Positions 20,019-30,300 of a stretch of 64,000 bases of DNA are shown here, piece after piece. The stretch covers positions 9,160-73,159 of the forward strand of contig JACQXS010000121.1 of the NCBI GenBank assembly GCA_016208615.1, written 5' to 3'. Origin of the DNA: Candidatus Stahliibacteriota bacterium (GTDB taxonomy: Bacteria; Hydrothermota; UBA3073; JACQXS01). How positions within the stretch are numbered: the first letter of the stretch is position 1; the number at the start of each line of letters is the position of its first letter. The position numbers and the translations under genes were made by a program. Under the pieces are notes generated by a model, which saw only the letters and a program-made list of their open reading frames with translations, ran no database searches and was not told where the DNA came from.

Positions 20019-20082
20019 GCCATATGCGCCCTGTGTGCATATGGTTTTTTTGTTGCCATATGCTAAAAGCATATGGTTTTTT
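20019..20082 (+). terminator. Two tandem terminator-like hairpins in the ABC exporter leader
   Basis: CCATATGC..GCATATGG plus T run, twice. Confidence 0.7.
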
Positions 20083-20098
20083 ATTTGGAGGTATAGTT

Positions 20099-21091
20099 AT
20101 GCAAACTGAATCTATAAAGACAGAGCAACTTACAAGAGCATATAAGGGCAAGAAAAAAGCTGACCCCTCTGTGATAGCACTTGACCAAGTGGATTTAAGT
20201 GTCTATGAGGGTGAGTTGTTTGGCTTACTCGGTCCTAATGGAGCGGGCAAGACTACTCTTATTAAAATACTTACGACTTTACTTTTACCTACTTCTGGCA
20301 AGGCACTTGTTGCGGGATTTGATGTAGATAAGGAGGCACAAAAGATAAAACCTTTAATTAATATGGTGTCTGGGGGCGAGGAATCGGGCTACGGCATATT
20401 GACTGTGGTCGAAACTATCTGGATGTTTTCGCAATTCTATGGTATTCCAAACAAGGTAGCGAAAGAAAGGATAGACAAGCTATTAGAGGTTGTTGGGCTT
20501 AAAGATAATGCGAAGACAAAAGTCTATAAACTCTCTACAGGGATGCGGCAGAAGATGAATTTTGCACGCGGCTTTGTCTCGGACCCAAAAATTATATTCC
20601 TTGATGAACCGATGCTTGGCTTGGATGTTGAGGCAGCCAGGACTTGCAGGAAGTTTATTAAAAACTGGTTAAATGAAAATCCGACAAGGACAGTTCTGCT
20701 TACTACTCATTATCTTGTGGAAGCAGATGAATTATGTGACCGCATAGCTATTATCAATCATGGCAAGATAGTTGCCTGCGATACCCCTGATAACCTAAAA
20801 CTTCTTGTGCAAAGGGAACCCATCTTTCAGTTAGAGACTACTATGATGCAAAATGAGATAGATGAGTTTAAGCAAATGGCAGGAGTGATTGACTTAACCT
20901 ATTCGCACAATATAGATAAAAGCACTACTTCTTTTAGAATGCGGTTAAGCAAAGAAGAAGTGATTGCCAAGATTATTGGAACACTAACGAAGCATAATCT
21001 AAAAATTATATCTCTTGAAAAAAGGGAGCCCAGTCTTGAAGATGTGTTTATCAAGCTTGTGGGCAAAAAGATAGAGGAAGAAGATGCGTGA
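20099..21091 (+). CDS. ABC-2 exporter ATP-binding subunit
   Basis: GPNGAGKTT, LSTGMRQ, FLDEP, TTH; ATG 20099 follows GGAGG. Confidence 0.93.
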   Translation: MQTESIKTEQLTRAYKGKKKADPSVIALDQVDLSVYEGELFGLLGPNGAGKTTLIKILTTLLLPTSGKALVAGFDVDKEAQKIKPLINMVSGGEESGYGILTVVETIWMFSQFYGIPNKVAKERIDKLLEVVGLKDNAKTKVYKLSTGMRQKMNFARGFVSDPKIIFLDEPMLGLDVEAARTCRKFIKNWLNENPTRTVLLTTHYLVEADELCDRIAIINHGKIVACDTPDNLKLLVQREPIFQLETTMMQNEIDEFKQMAGVIDLTYSHNIDKSTTSFRMRLSKEEVIAKIIGTLTKHNLKIISLEKREPSLEDVFIKLVGKKIEEEDA

Positions 21092-21902
21092 TAGTATTAT
21101 ATTAAATTTGCGTGCCGTATGGGCGAGAGCTTATGTTCGGATAGTAGGGGCAAATAGGGAGCCGAGTTGGATAATTGCTGAAACCCTATTGCCACTTTTT
21201 TCGCTCTCCGCATATGTATTTTTGTATAAAGCAATAGATGCGCCGGCGCAGTTTATTGGCTTTGTGATACTCGGCGGCACTATGACTGCCTATTGGATAG
21301 CTATTTTGTGGGGTATGGCGGCACAATTTTATTGGGAGAAGACGAGTGGTCAGTTTGCACTATATCTGATAGCTCCTATGTCCCGGATGGCTATTTTGAT
21401 GGGTATGGCAGTGGGTGGATTTTTTATGACAACTATTAGAGCGGTAGCAACTCTAATCATTGGGTGTCTTATTTTTAGGGTTGAATTCCAAGTGGTCTCT
21501 TGGGTATATCTTATATTGATATTTTTACTCTCAATGGTCGCACTTTATGGTATGGGAATGATGTTTGCGTCACTCTTTTTGTTATGGGGCAGGGAGGTTC
21601 AGCATCTGACTAATTTATTACAGGAGCCAATATATTTGTTTTCTGGCTTCTACTTCCCGGTAAAGTGTCTCGGGACTTGGGTATCGTCATTTGCTTCTCT
21701 AATACCCTTGACATTGGGATTAGATGGGATGCGTCAGTGCTTGTTCGGGCAAGCCAAAGCAATGGGATTTATGTCGTTTAAGCTGGAAGTACTTATACTT
21801 TTAGGAATGGACATAGTTTTTCTATACTTGGCAGGTAAAATGCATAGGATTATGGAATATAAGGGCAAAAAGGAAGGCACTCTGACAACAAGATGGCAAT
21901 AA
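21084..21902 (+). CDS. ABC-2 exporter permease
   Basis: Multiple TM segments, FSGFYFPV, PLTLGLDGMR. Confidence 0.9.
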   Translation: MRDSIILNLRAVWARAYVRIVGANREPSWIIAETLLPLFSLSAYVFLYKAIDAPAQFIGFVILGGTMTAYWIAILWGMAAQFYWEKTSGQFALYLIAPMSRMAILMGMAVGGFFMTTIRAVATLIIGCLIFRVEFQVVSWVYLILIFLLSMVALYGMGMMFASLFLLWGREVQHLTNLLQEPIYLFSGFYFPVKCLGTWVSSFASLIPLTLGLDGMRQCLFGQAKAMGFMSFKLEVLILLGMDIVFLYLAGKMHRIMEYKGKKEGTLTTRWQ

Positions 21903-21920
21903 ATAGAATAGATAGAGATA

Positions 21921-22073
21921 CACGACACGACTGTGGAGTTCCACGACACGACTGTGGAGTTCCACGATACGACTGTGGAGTTCCACGACACGACTGTGGA
22001 GTTCCACGACACGACTGTGGAGTTCCACGACACGACTGTGGAGTTCCACGATACGACTGTGGAGTTCCACGAT
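21921..22073. repeat. Tandem array, 7 x 21 bp CACGAYACGACTGTGGAGTTC
   Basis: Seven full units, no spacers. Confidence 0.95.
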
Positions 22074-22127
22074 GGCGATGGAGAGTTATACGAATGACTT
22101 GGAGAATGTTACAAGAGTAATAAATAT

Positions 22128-23039
22128 ATGGGAACTAAACTTAATCATTCCCGCTTGCTGCCCCGCTTGCTGCCCCGCTTGCTGCCCCGCTTGCTGCGGG
22201 ATTTCCAACGGGATTTCCAACTAAAAGTATTGAAGGTATCGGCGTGGTTGGGCTGGCAATTAGAGTCAAACTGGGCTGAGCCACTGGTCTTTGCTATCTA
22301 TTCAATCATCAAGCCGATATCCTCGTCCCTAATCCTTGTATTTATGTATCTTGTGGTGACGGGTGGCAAGACTAAAACCGATATGTTTGTATATGTCTTT
22401 GTAGGTAATGCGTTCTTTATGTATGTTTGGGTGTTGTTTAGTATGGCTTGGGCGATTATGAGCGATAGGGAGCAATATGAGATGCTTAAATTTATCTATC
22501 TCTCGCCTATCAAAATATATACTTATTTGGCGGGCAGAGGGGTAGCGATGTTTGTTATGACAACCATCGCAGTATGGCTTAATCTATTATTTGGCACTTT
22601 GGTGCTAAAAATACCACTTATCATAGATTGGGGATGGCTTTCCGCTTACCTTTTAGTGGGACTTGCAGGAATAGGGGCATTGAGAATTATATTGGCGGGT
22701 ATTATATTAATTGTCCCAAGACACTCGGGAATGATAACTGAAAGTATAGCGGGTATATTTTATTTGCTATGCGGAGTGATATTCCCAATAGATACACTGC
22801 CGGGATGGCTTATCCTGATAGCTAAAGCTTTACCTTTTACTTATTGGTTGGATGGGATGAGGCGTGCCGTATTGGGTAAAAGTATATGCTCTGCTTTGGC
22901 TCAATACTCTAATTTAACACTATTATCTATTTTAGTTCTCACTACTGTTGTGGCACTTATTATCTCAGATAGAGCATTTAAGTTGTGCGAACGCATCGCC
23001 CGCCGCAAAGGTCTATTAGATAGGACTACAGGATATTAA
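22128..23039 (+). CDS. ABC-2 exporter permease with repeat-derived N-terminus
   Basis: AWLGWQLESNW, LCGVIFPI, PFTYWLDGMR. Confidence 0.9.
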   Translation: MGTKLNHSRLLPRLLPRLLPRLLRDFQRDFQLKVLKVSAWLGWQLESNWAEPLVFAIYSIIKPISSSLILVFMYLVVTGGKTKTDMFVYVFVGNAFFMYVWVLFSMAWAIMSDREQYEMLKFIYLSPIKIYTYLAGRGVAMFVMTTIAVWLNLLFGTLVLKIPLIIDWGWLSAYLLVGLAGIGALRIILAGIILIVPRHSGMITESIAGIFYLLCGVIFPIDTLPGWLILIAKALPFTYWLDGMRRAVLGKSICSALAQYSNLTLLSILVLTTVVALIISDRAFKLCERIARRKGLLDRTTGY

Positions 23040-23068
23040 AAATGATTACTACTTGAGGTCGCACCTCT

Positions 23069-25192
23069 TCAATAGCCTCTAATTTTTTCTAATACAGCTG
23101 ATTGTTCATCACTGGGCAATTCTTTATAGGATTCAAATTTCATAAGATAAACAACTCTTCCTTGTGTTAAAGACCTTAGGGTAGTAGCGTAACCGAACAA
23201 TTTGCGTAAAGGGCAGGTGGCAAATATAGTATGCCTTATTCCAGTGCCTGATAGCGATAAAACCTTGCCTTCCCTGACTCCCAAATCATCTAACACATTA
23301 CCCAAATACTCTGGTGGTATAATAATTTCCAATTTCATTTCCGGCTCCAATAGTATTGGATGAGCTTTTCCTATTGCTTCCTTGACCGCCATAGACCCAG
23401 CGGCTTCAAAGGCAATTTCTGACGAATCCACAGGATGATATGACCCACCTGTAAGTATAACTTCTAAATCTACTATCGGGAAGCCCGCCAATACGCCGAC
23501 TTGTACTGCCGACTCTACCCCTTTCTGTATTGCTCCCCAATATTCGCGTGGTATAGCTCCTTCTTTCACTTCTTCCCTAAAGCTAAATCCTTTTCCTTTT
23601 TCAGCTGGCTCTACTCTAATAATTACATCTCCATATTGTCCCTTCCCGCCACTTTGTTTGATAAATTTACCTCTTGCCACTGCTTGTTTTGTAATTGTCT
23701 CTTTATATGCCACTTGTGGGATTCCCATTTTAGTTTTAAGTCCAAATTCTCGCTCCATTCTTTGGCATATAACTTCTAAATGCAACTCGCCCATCCCACC
23801 AATCAGCGTCTCCCCAGTATCTGGTGCTATTTTAACTTCAACGGTCGGGTCATCAATCATTAAATTATCCAAGACGCTGACAAACTTTTCTTCATCTTGA
23901 TGAGTTTTGGGTTCTATTTTAGCAAAAACGACCGGCTCAGGCATTTCCAGGGCTTTAAGTTTAATGTTAGAATCAACATCTGTAAGCGTATGTCCGGTTC
24001 TCACCTCTTTTGGTCCATACACCGCTACAATATCACCCGCCTCTGCTTCACTAATAATCTGTCTCTTATTGGCGTGCATTAAAAAAATTTGTGCTATCCG
24101 TTCAGTAGTGTTATTATTAGCATTAAGTATTTGTTGCCCTATTTTAATTTTCCCCGAATACACTCGCATATAGACGAGCTTACCGTGTTGGTCGGTTTGT
24201 ATCTTAAACGCCAAGGCACAGAACTTTGAATCCGTAAATGGAATAATATTGTCCGATTGTCTGATTGTCTGATTGTCCGATTGTCCGAGTTCTCCTGATT
24301 TGAGCAGTAACTCACTTCGTTTAAGTTGTTTAAGGGCTTCCATCCGCTCAATAGGCGAAGGTAAATAGTCAACTATTCCATCCATTAATTGCTGCACCCC
24401 AATATTCCTTAATGAGGTACCTAAAAATATAGGCACTAATTTCCGTTGTGTCGTAAGTCGGCGAATAGTTTTAATCAACTGCTCATTACTAATAGGTTGG
24501 TCAGATAGGTAAAGTTCTGCTATTTCGTCATCTTTTAATGCAATCAGTTCCAGTATCTCTTTTTTCTTCTCGTTTAGTGTAGATTTTAATGTTTCAGGCA
24601 CATCTTTTGTTGTAAATTCTGTCCCATCTGTTCCTGGTAGCCATTCAATTATTTTTTCTGATAGCACATCACAGATACCGCAAAAATCTTTCTCTATTCC
24701 TATTGGAAATTGTAATTCAAGCGGATAAGCATTGAGTCTATCTTTTATCATATTGATACAAGAATTTGGCTCCGCTCCCATTCTATCCAGTTTATTTATA
24801 TAAACAATTCTCGGTACCTCATATCTATCTGCTTGTAGCCAAACTGATTCTGATTGCGACTCTACTCCCTCTACGGCACTAAATATCATCACCGTCCCGT
24901 CCAATACTCTTAAACTACGCTCTACTTCGCCTGTAAAATCAATATGACCAGGGGTATCTATAATGTTAATTTGCTTTCCCTTCCAATAACAAGTAGTAAC
25001 CGCCGAGGTTATCGTAATTCCACGCTCCTTCTCTTCTTCCATCCAATCCATAGTAGCTGACCCATCATCTACTTCGCCAATTCTATGAATTTTACGAGAG
25101 TAATATAATATGCGTTCCGTGGTAGTAGTCTTACCCGCATCTATATGGGCAATAATACCAATATTCCGAATATCTGCTAAATTTCTATCCAT
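23069..25192 (-). CDS. fusA: Elongation factor G
   Basis: AHIDAGKTT, ERGITITSA, DTPGH, KQSGGKGQYG. Confidence 0.98.
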   Translation of the reverse strand: MDRNLADIRNIGIIAHIDAGKTTTTERILYYSRKIHRIGEVDDGSATMDWMEEEKERGITITSAVTTCYWKGKQINIIDTPGHIDFTGEVERSLRVLDGTVMIFSAVEGVESQSESVWLQADRYEVPRIVYINKLDRMGAEPNSCINMIKDRLNAYPLELQFPIGIEKDFCGICDVLSEKIIEWLPGTDGTEFTTKDVPETLKSTLNEKKKEILELIALKDDEIAELYLSDQPISNEQLIKTIRRLTTQRKLVPIFLGTSLRNIGVQQLMDGIVDYLPSPIERMEALKQLKRSELLLKSGELGQSDNQTIRQSDNIIPFTDSKFCALAFKIQTDQHGKLVYMRVYSGKIKIGQQILNANNNTTERIAQIFLMHANKRQIISEAEAGDIVAVYGPKEVRTGHTLTDVDSNIKLKALEMPEPVVFAKIEPKTHQDEEKFVSVLDNLMIDDPTVEVKIAPDTGETLIGGMGELHLEVICQRMEREFGLKTKMGIPQVAYKETITKQAVARGKFIKQSGGKGQYGDVIIRVEPAEKGKGFSFREEVKEGAIPREYWGAIQKGVESAVQVGVLAGFPIVDLEVILTGGSYHPVDSSEIAFEAAGSMAVKEAIGKAHPILLEPEMKLEIIIPPEYLGNVLDDLGVREGKVLSLSGTGIRHTIFATCPLRKLFGYATTLRSLTQGRVVYLMKFESYKELPSDEQSAVLEKIRGY

Positions 25193-25298
25193 ATCTATGT
25201 AAAATCCAAAGTTTAAAATCCGATAATATTACCCGTGTTACACTTCAAGGGGAATTACTTTGTGTAAGTTAGTCAGCTCTATTAAGAGGGGATATGGC

Positions 25299-25766
25299 TT
25301 ACCACCTGAAGTGTGCAAAAGCTTTATTAGCTTCAGCCATTCTATGTGTATCTTCCTTTTTCTTGTAAGCTGTTCCCTTTTTTTCAGCGGCTAAAATCAG
25401 TTCTTCTGCCAGTTTTGCCGACATAGGCATACCCTTTTTCTCTCTTGTCCCTTGCAGTAACCATCTAATAGTTAGTGCCAATTTTCGTCCCGCCCTAACT
25501 TCCATCGGTACCTGATAAGTTGCTCCACCTACTCTTCTTGGTTTGACTTCAAGGTCAGGCTTCACATTACTAACCGCCTCCAAAAAGACTGAAAGACCAG
25601 GCTTACCTGTTTTAGTTTCTACTATTTTTAAGGCATCATAAAATATCTGTTCCGCCAAATACTTTTTACCCTCCTGCATTATGGAGTTTATAAACTTTCC
25701 GCATATCTCGTTATTGTAAATAGTATCCGGCTGCCCCTCTCTTCTTTCAGCTCTCCTTCTTCTCAT
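25299..25766 (-). CDS. rpsG: 30S ribosomal protein S7
   Basis: RRVGGATYQVP, HRMAEANKAFAHFRW; start at ATG 25766 after AGGAG. Confidence 0.98.
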   Translation of the reverse strand: MRRRRAERREGQPDTIYNNEICGKFINSIMQEGKKYLAEQIFYDALKIVETKTGKPGLSVFLEAVSNVKPDLEVKPRRVGGATYQVPMEVRAGRKLALTIRWLLQGTREKKGMPMSAKLAEELILAAEKKGTAYKKKEDTHRMAEANKAFAHFRW

Positions 25767-25812
25767 ATTTACTCCTTTTTGCAAACCTAAAGGTTTGCCC
25801 TACATTTTGTTA

Positions 25813-26187
25813 TTATGCTTTGGGTTTTTTTGTCCCATACCGGGATCTCGATTTCTTTCTCGTCTCTACGCCTGATGCATCTAATACTCCCCTGACTATA
25901 TGATATCGGACACCAGGCAAATCCTTAACTCTACCCCCCTCCACTAACACTATAGAATGCTCCTGTAATGAGTGACCTTCGCCAGGAATATAAGCAATTA
26001 CTTCCTGCCCTGTAATCAATCTCACCTTCGCCACTTTTCTCAATGCAGAATTAGGCTTCTTAGGCGTAGTAGTATAGACTTTAGTGCATACTCCCCTTTT
26101 ATATGGATTACCCATAAGCGCAGGCACCTTACTTTTATTGCTCTGTTTTCTGCGCGGCTTCCTAACTAATTGGTTTATGGTTGGCAT
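25813..26187 (-). CDS. rpsL: 30S ribosomal protein S12
   Basis: [30 protein letters not shown]. Confidence 0.99.
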   Translation of the reverse strand: MPTINQLVRKPRRKQSNKSKVPALMGNPYKRGVCTKVYTTTPKKPNSALRKVAKVRLITGQEVIAYIPGEGHSLQEHSIVLVEGGRVKDLPGVRYHIVRGVLDASGVETRKKSRSRYGTKKPKA

Positions 26188-26205
26188 ATTCCTCCTTATA
26201 TCAAA

Positions 26206-29200
26206 TTAAACAGTTTCGCCCCCGCCTGATGCCCCGCCTGCTGCGGGATTTTCAACGGGATTTTCAACTTCAACTGTAACATTAGTACTATTCTTTACTT
26301 CATTTTCTGGTACTTTAAATCCTCTAACTCCGGTTCCAGCAGGAATTAAGCTTCCTATAATCACATTCTCCTTAATTCCAAACAAATAATCACATTTACG
26401 GTGAATAGCCGCATCAGTCAATACCCGTGTAGTCTCTTGGAAAGAGGCGGCAGATATAAATGAATCAGTAGCTAAAATAGCCTGGGTCACTCCCAAAAGT
26501 ACTGGCTCATATGTAGCACCTTTCGCTTCTACTCCTGCCAATCTTTTATTTTCTTCCATTAATTTTGACTTCTCAACTATTTGGCCTTCAACAAATAGTG
26601 TATCTCCCGGATCCAGGATTCGTATTTTAGATAACATCTGTCTAACTAAAATTCCAATATGCTTATCATTAATTTCCACTCCTTGCAACATATAGACTTC
26701 CTGAATCTGGTTAACCAAAAATTCCTGTGTCTCACCTACTCCTTTGATATGCAATATATCGTGTGGGTCTACCGGTCCTTGCGTAATCTTATCTCCTGCC
26801 CTTACTTCTTCTCCTTCATCTACAAGTAAATGTCGTCCATATGAGATACGATATTTCTTCTCTTCGTTCGTTCCTCTAACTGCAATAACCCTATACCCAT
26901 GCTCTTTTGGTTTAAACTCAACTACCCCATCTATCTCAGTCAGAATAGCTTTTTCTTTTGGACATCTTGCCTCAAATAACTCTACTACCCGCGGTAATCC
27001 TCCCGTAATATCTCGTGTTTTAGCTATTTCGCGAGGTATCTTTGCTAATAAATCACCGGGAAATACTTTAGTACCGTCAGGAACAAGTATATGTGCCTTA
27101 CTCGGTAAAGGATAGCCCTTTAGTAGTTTTTCTTCTTCATATATTTGCAACTCTGATTGTGTTTTACGGTCCGATATAACTACCGGATATTTTCTGCTAG
27201 TCCGGTCATCATACTCAAGCCGATAAGTTTCATTCTCTACTAATCCTTCATACCTTACTTCTCCTTCTACTTCTGATAGTAGTGGTGATGAATAAGGGTC
27301 CCATTCAAATAATATTTCCCCCTTTTGAATCACTGCATTATCCTTAACCTTAACCATTGCCCCATATGGTACCTTATACGAAGTAGTCCCTTCTTCTGAC
27401 TGGACATAAATTTTTCCCCCTTTCCGCATAGCAACAATAGTATCATCCTTACGGCGTTGAAGGAGTAAATTTTCGAACTTAGTTTTCCCTTCCCGAGCAC
27501 TGCGCATTTCTGATTCCTTAGCTATACGGGTAGCTATTCCACCGATATGGAATGTACGCAAAGTAAGCTGTGTACCCGGTTCACCAATAGATTGTGCCGC
27601 TATCACGCCCACAGATTCTCCTATCTCTACTAAATGGTTAGTGGACAAATCTCTGCCATAACATTTTTGACAAATCCCATAACTTGACTCACAAGTAAGA
27701 ACCGACCTAACATAGACTTTATCTATCCCACATTCTTCTATCTCTTGTGCTTTATCATCCGGTATTTCTTGTCCACCAAACACTATTACCTGAGAGGTTA
27801 TGGGATTAATCACATCCTCCATTGCATATCGTCCCTTAATCCGCTTAGATATGGGTTCAATTATTTGTTCCCCTTCCTTTATAGGACCTACATAATTACC
27901 CATTATAGTCCCGCAATCCTCTTCCGTAATGACCACATTTTGTGCCGCATCTACAAGTTTACGCGTAAGATAACCCGCCTGTGCTGTTTTGAGTGCAGTA
28001 TCAGTTAAGCCCTTACGCGCCCCATGCGTAGAGATAAAATACTCAAGAACATTCAATCCTTCACGGAAATTAGAGGTAATAGGGGTTTCTATTATTTCAT
28101 TCCCACCCTTTGGCCTTGTCATCAATCCTCTTGTTCCTATTATTTGGCGTACTTGGTCAGGGTTACCGCGTGAGCCAGACTTTACTATCATATATACTGG
28201 ATTAAATCCTTCATCCTTCTCTTCCAATAAGCGTAATGCGGAGCGCTCAATCTGATTAGTTGTCCGCATCCAAATGTCTATTACTGTATTATATCGCTCA
28301 CTCTCAGTAATAGAACCCGCCTTATGTTGATTATGTACTTTTTCTATCTCTTTCAAGGCACGGGCAATTATCTCTGGTTTAGGGACAGGAACAAAAGTAT
28401 CATCTATGCCAATTGTCAATCCTGAACGCGTTATATACTCGTATCCTATAGACTTTACAGCATCTAAAAACTTAACAGTAGCTATGTTACCGCAAACCCG
28501 ATAAATCTCACCTACTAATTTTACTAACTGCTTCTTACCTACCAACTCATTTACAAACTCTATCTCTTCTGGCACTACTTTATTAAAAATTACTCTCCCC
28601 GGAGTTGTTGTAATTAATTTTCCATTAACTCTATACTTAATATACTCGTGTAAAGTAACTGACTTATACTCAACCGCCATTTCTATCTCATCTATATTAC
28701 TAAATGCCTTAACTGCTGTTTCTTGCTTCTTATCTTTCTTTGGCCGCTCCTTAGTTAACCAATATATCCCAATTATAGCATCTTGCGTTGGGGTGCTTAT
28801 CGGTTCACCGTTTGAAGGAGATAAAATATTGTTGGAAGCCATCATTAATAATAATGACTCAAGTTGTGCTTCTACACTCAATGGAACATGTATAGCCATT
28901 GTGTCGCCATCAAAATCTGCATTAAAAGGCACACAAACTAACGGAGAGATACGCAAAGCCTTACCTTCCACTAATTTTGGTAAAAATGCCTGTATAGATA
29001 ACCTATGTAGTGTTGGAGCACGATTTAATAGAACCGGATGATTGTAAATGATGCGTTCAAGAGTTTCCCATACTTCCTTTGCCCCCTCTTCTAACAATTT
29101 ACGCGCCCCTTTTACTGTTTGGGCATATCCTTCTCGCTCCAGTTCACGAATAACAAACGGTTTAAATAACTCAAGTGCCATTGTCTTGGGTACTCCGCAT

Positions 29201-30246
29201 TCATAAAGCTTTAGGTCAGGGTCAACTGCAATTACTGAGCGACCTGAGTAATCTACTCGTTTGCCCAATAAGTTACGACGGAACCTTCCTTGCTTCCCCT
29301 TCAATGTGTCGGATAAAGATTTTAGCGGAATACGCCCCTTGCCTTTAACAGGTACGCTACGGCGGGTGTTATCAAATAATGCATCTACTGACTCTTGTAA
29401 TAGGCGGCACTCATTTTTTAATATTATTTCAGGCGCCCGAATTTGGATTAAGTTTTTTAACCTATTATTCCTCATAATCACCCGTCTATACAGGTCATTT
29501 AAGTCAGAAGTCGCATACCGTCCACCCTCTAATGGAACTAATGGTCGTAAATCTGGCGGCAATACAGGCAATACCCTTAATACCATCCAGTCCGGTCTCG
29601 TACGACTACTACAAAAGCCCTCTATTACATTAAGACGCTTTAACAACCGACTACGCTTCTCCACAGAAGTTTCTATCCTAATTATCTGCTTTATCTCTGT
29701 GGAAAGTTCTTCCATATCAATATCTTTTAGCAACTCTAATAGTGCTTCAGCACCTGTTTTCGCCACAAACCCTTTATTGCTCTGTATAGATTTATACTCT
29801 TGGTCAGTTAAAAGGTCGCCCCTTTTATACTCTGTTGTCCCCGGCGAAATAACTACATGGGATTCATAATAAATTAGTCGCTCAAGTTCCGTTACAGATA
29901 AGTCAAGAACTGCACCTATCTTTGACGGCGGTACCCTATAAAACCAAATATGTGCCACAGGAATAGATAATTCAATATGACCTAATCGCTCACGCCTAAC
30001 ACGAGATAAAGTAATCTCTACCTTACAACGCTCACAAATTATACCTTTATATCGTATACCTTTGTATTTTCCACAACTACACTCATAGTCCCGAATAGGA
30101 CCAAATATCCGCTCACAAAATAACCCATCATACTCGGGCTTCTGCGTCCTATAATTAATAGTTTCGGCTTTCTTCACTTCACCCTTAGACCAGCTACGAA
30201 TGGTATCAGGAGAAGCTATACCTACTTGAATTGCTTTTAATTTCAT
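26206..30246 (-). CDS. rpoC: RNA polymerase beta' subunit
   Basis: NADFDGD, Zn-binding cysteines, GEPGTQLT. Confidence 0.99.
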   Translation of the reverse strand: MKLKAIQVGIASPDTIRSWSKGEVKKAETINYRTQKPEYDGLFCERIFGPIRDYECSCGKYKGIRYKGIICERCKVEITLSRVRRERLGHIELSIPVAHIWFYRVPPSKIGAVLDLSVTELERLIYYESHVVISPGTTEYKRGDLLTDQEYKSIQSNKGFVAKTGAEALLELLKDIDMEELSTEIKQIIRIETSVEKRSRLLKRLNVIEGFCSSRTRPDWMVLRVLPVLPPDLRPLVPLEGGRYATSDLNDLYRRVIMRNNRLKNLIQIRAPEIILKNECRLLQESVDALFDNTRRSVPVKGKGRIPLKSLSDTLKGKQGRFRRNLLGKRVDYSGRSVIAVDPDLKLYECGVPKTMALELFKPFVIRELEREGYAQTVKGARKLLEEGAKEVWETLERIIYNHPVLLNRAPTLHRLSIQAFLPKLVEGKALRISPLVCVPFNADFDGDTMAIHVPLSVEAQLESLLLMMASNNILSPSNGEPISTPTQDAIIGIYWLTKERPKKDKKQETAVKAFSNIDEIEMAVEYKSVTLHEYIKYRVNGKLITTTPGRVIFNKVVPEEIEFVNELVGKKQLVKLVGEIYRVCGNIATVKFLDAVKSIGYEYITRSGLTIGIDDTFVPVPKPEIIARALKEIEKVHNQHKAGSITESERYNTVIDIWMRTTNQIERSALRLLEEKDEGFNPVYMIVKSGSRGNPDQVRQIIGTRGLMTRPKGGNEIIETPITSNFREGLNVLEYFISTHGARKGLTDTALKTAQAGYLTRKLVDAAQNVVITEEDCGTIMGNYVGPIKEGEQIIEPISKRIKGRYAMEDVINPITSQVIVFGGQEIPDDKAQEIEECGIDKVYVRSVLTCESSYGICQKCYGRDLSTNHLVEIGESVGVIAAQSIGEPGTQLTLRTFHIGGIATRIAKESEMRSAREGKTKFENLLLQRRKDDTIVAMRKGGKIYVQSEEGTTSYKVPYGAMVKVKDNAVIQKGEILFEWDPYSSPLLSEVEGEVRYEGLVENETYRLEYDDRTSRKYPVVISDRKTQSELQIYEEEKLLKGYPLPSKAHILVPDGTKVFPGDLLAKIPREIAKTRDITGGLPRVVELFEARCPKEKAILTEIDGVVEFKPKEHGYRVIAVRGTNEEKKYRISYGRHLLVDEGEEVRAGDKITQGPVDPHDILHIKGVGETQEFLVNQIQEVYMLQGVEINDKHIGILVRQMLSKIRILDPGDTLFVEGQIVEKSKLMEENKRLAGVEAKGATYEPVLLGVTQAILATDSFISAASFQETTRVLTDAAIHRKCDYLFGIKENVIIGSLIPAGTGVRGFKVPENEVKNSTNVTVEVENPVENPAAGGASGGGETV

Positions 30247-30300
30247 TTTCTCTCCTTCTGAGCCTGAGAATCATCAGCCTCAGGCCAAAATTCAATAGAC

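Noticed and set aside
21734..22120. ORFs with SWNSTVV, ELHSRVV or RHDCGVP repeats
   Set aside because: Shadow translations of the 21-bp array, overlapping real genes.
29261..29869. 202-aa antisense ORF in rpoC and similar antisense ORFs
   Set aside because: No motifs or expression signals; expected shadows of long genes.
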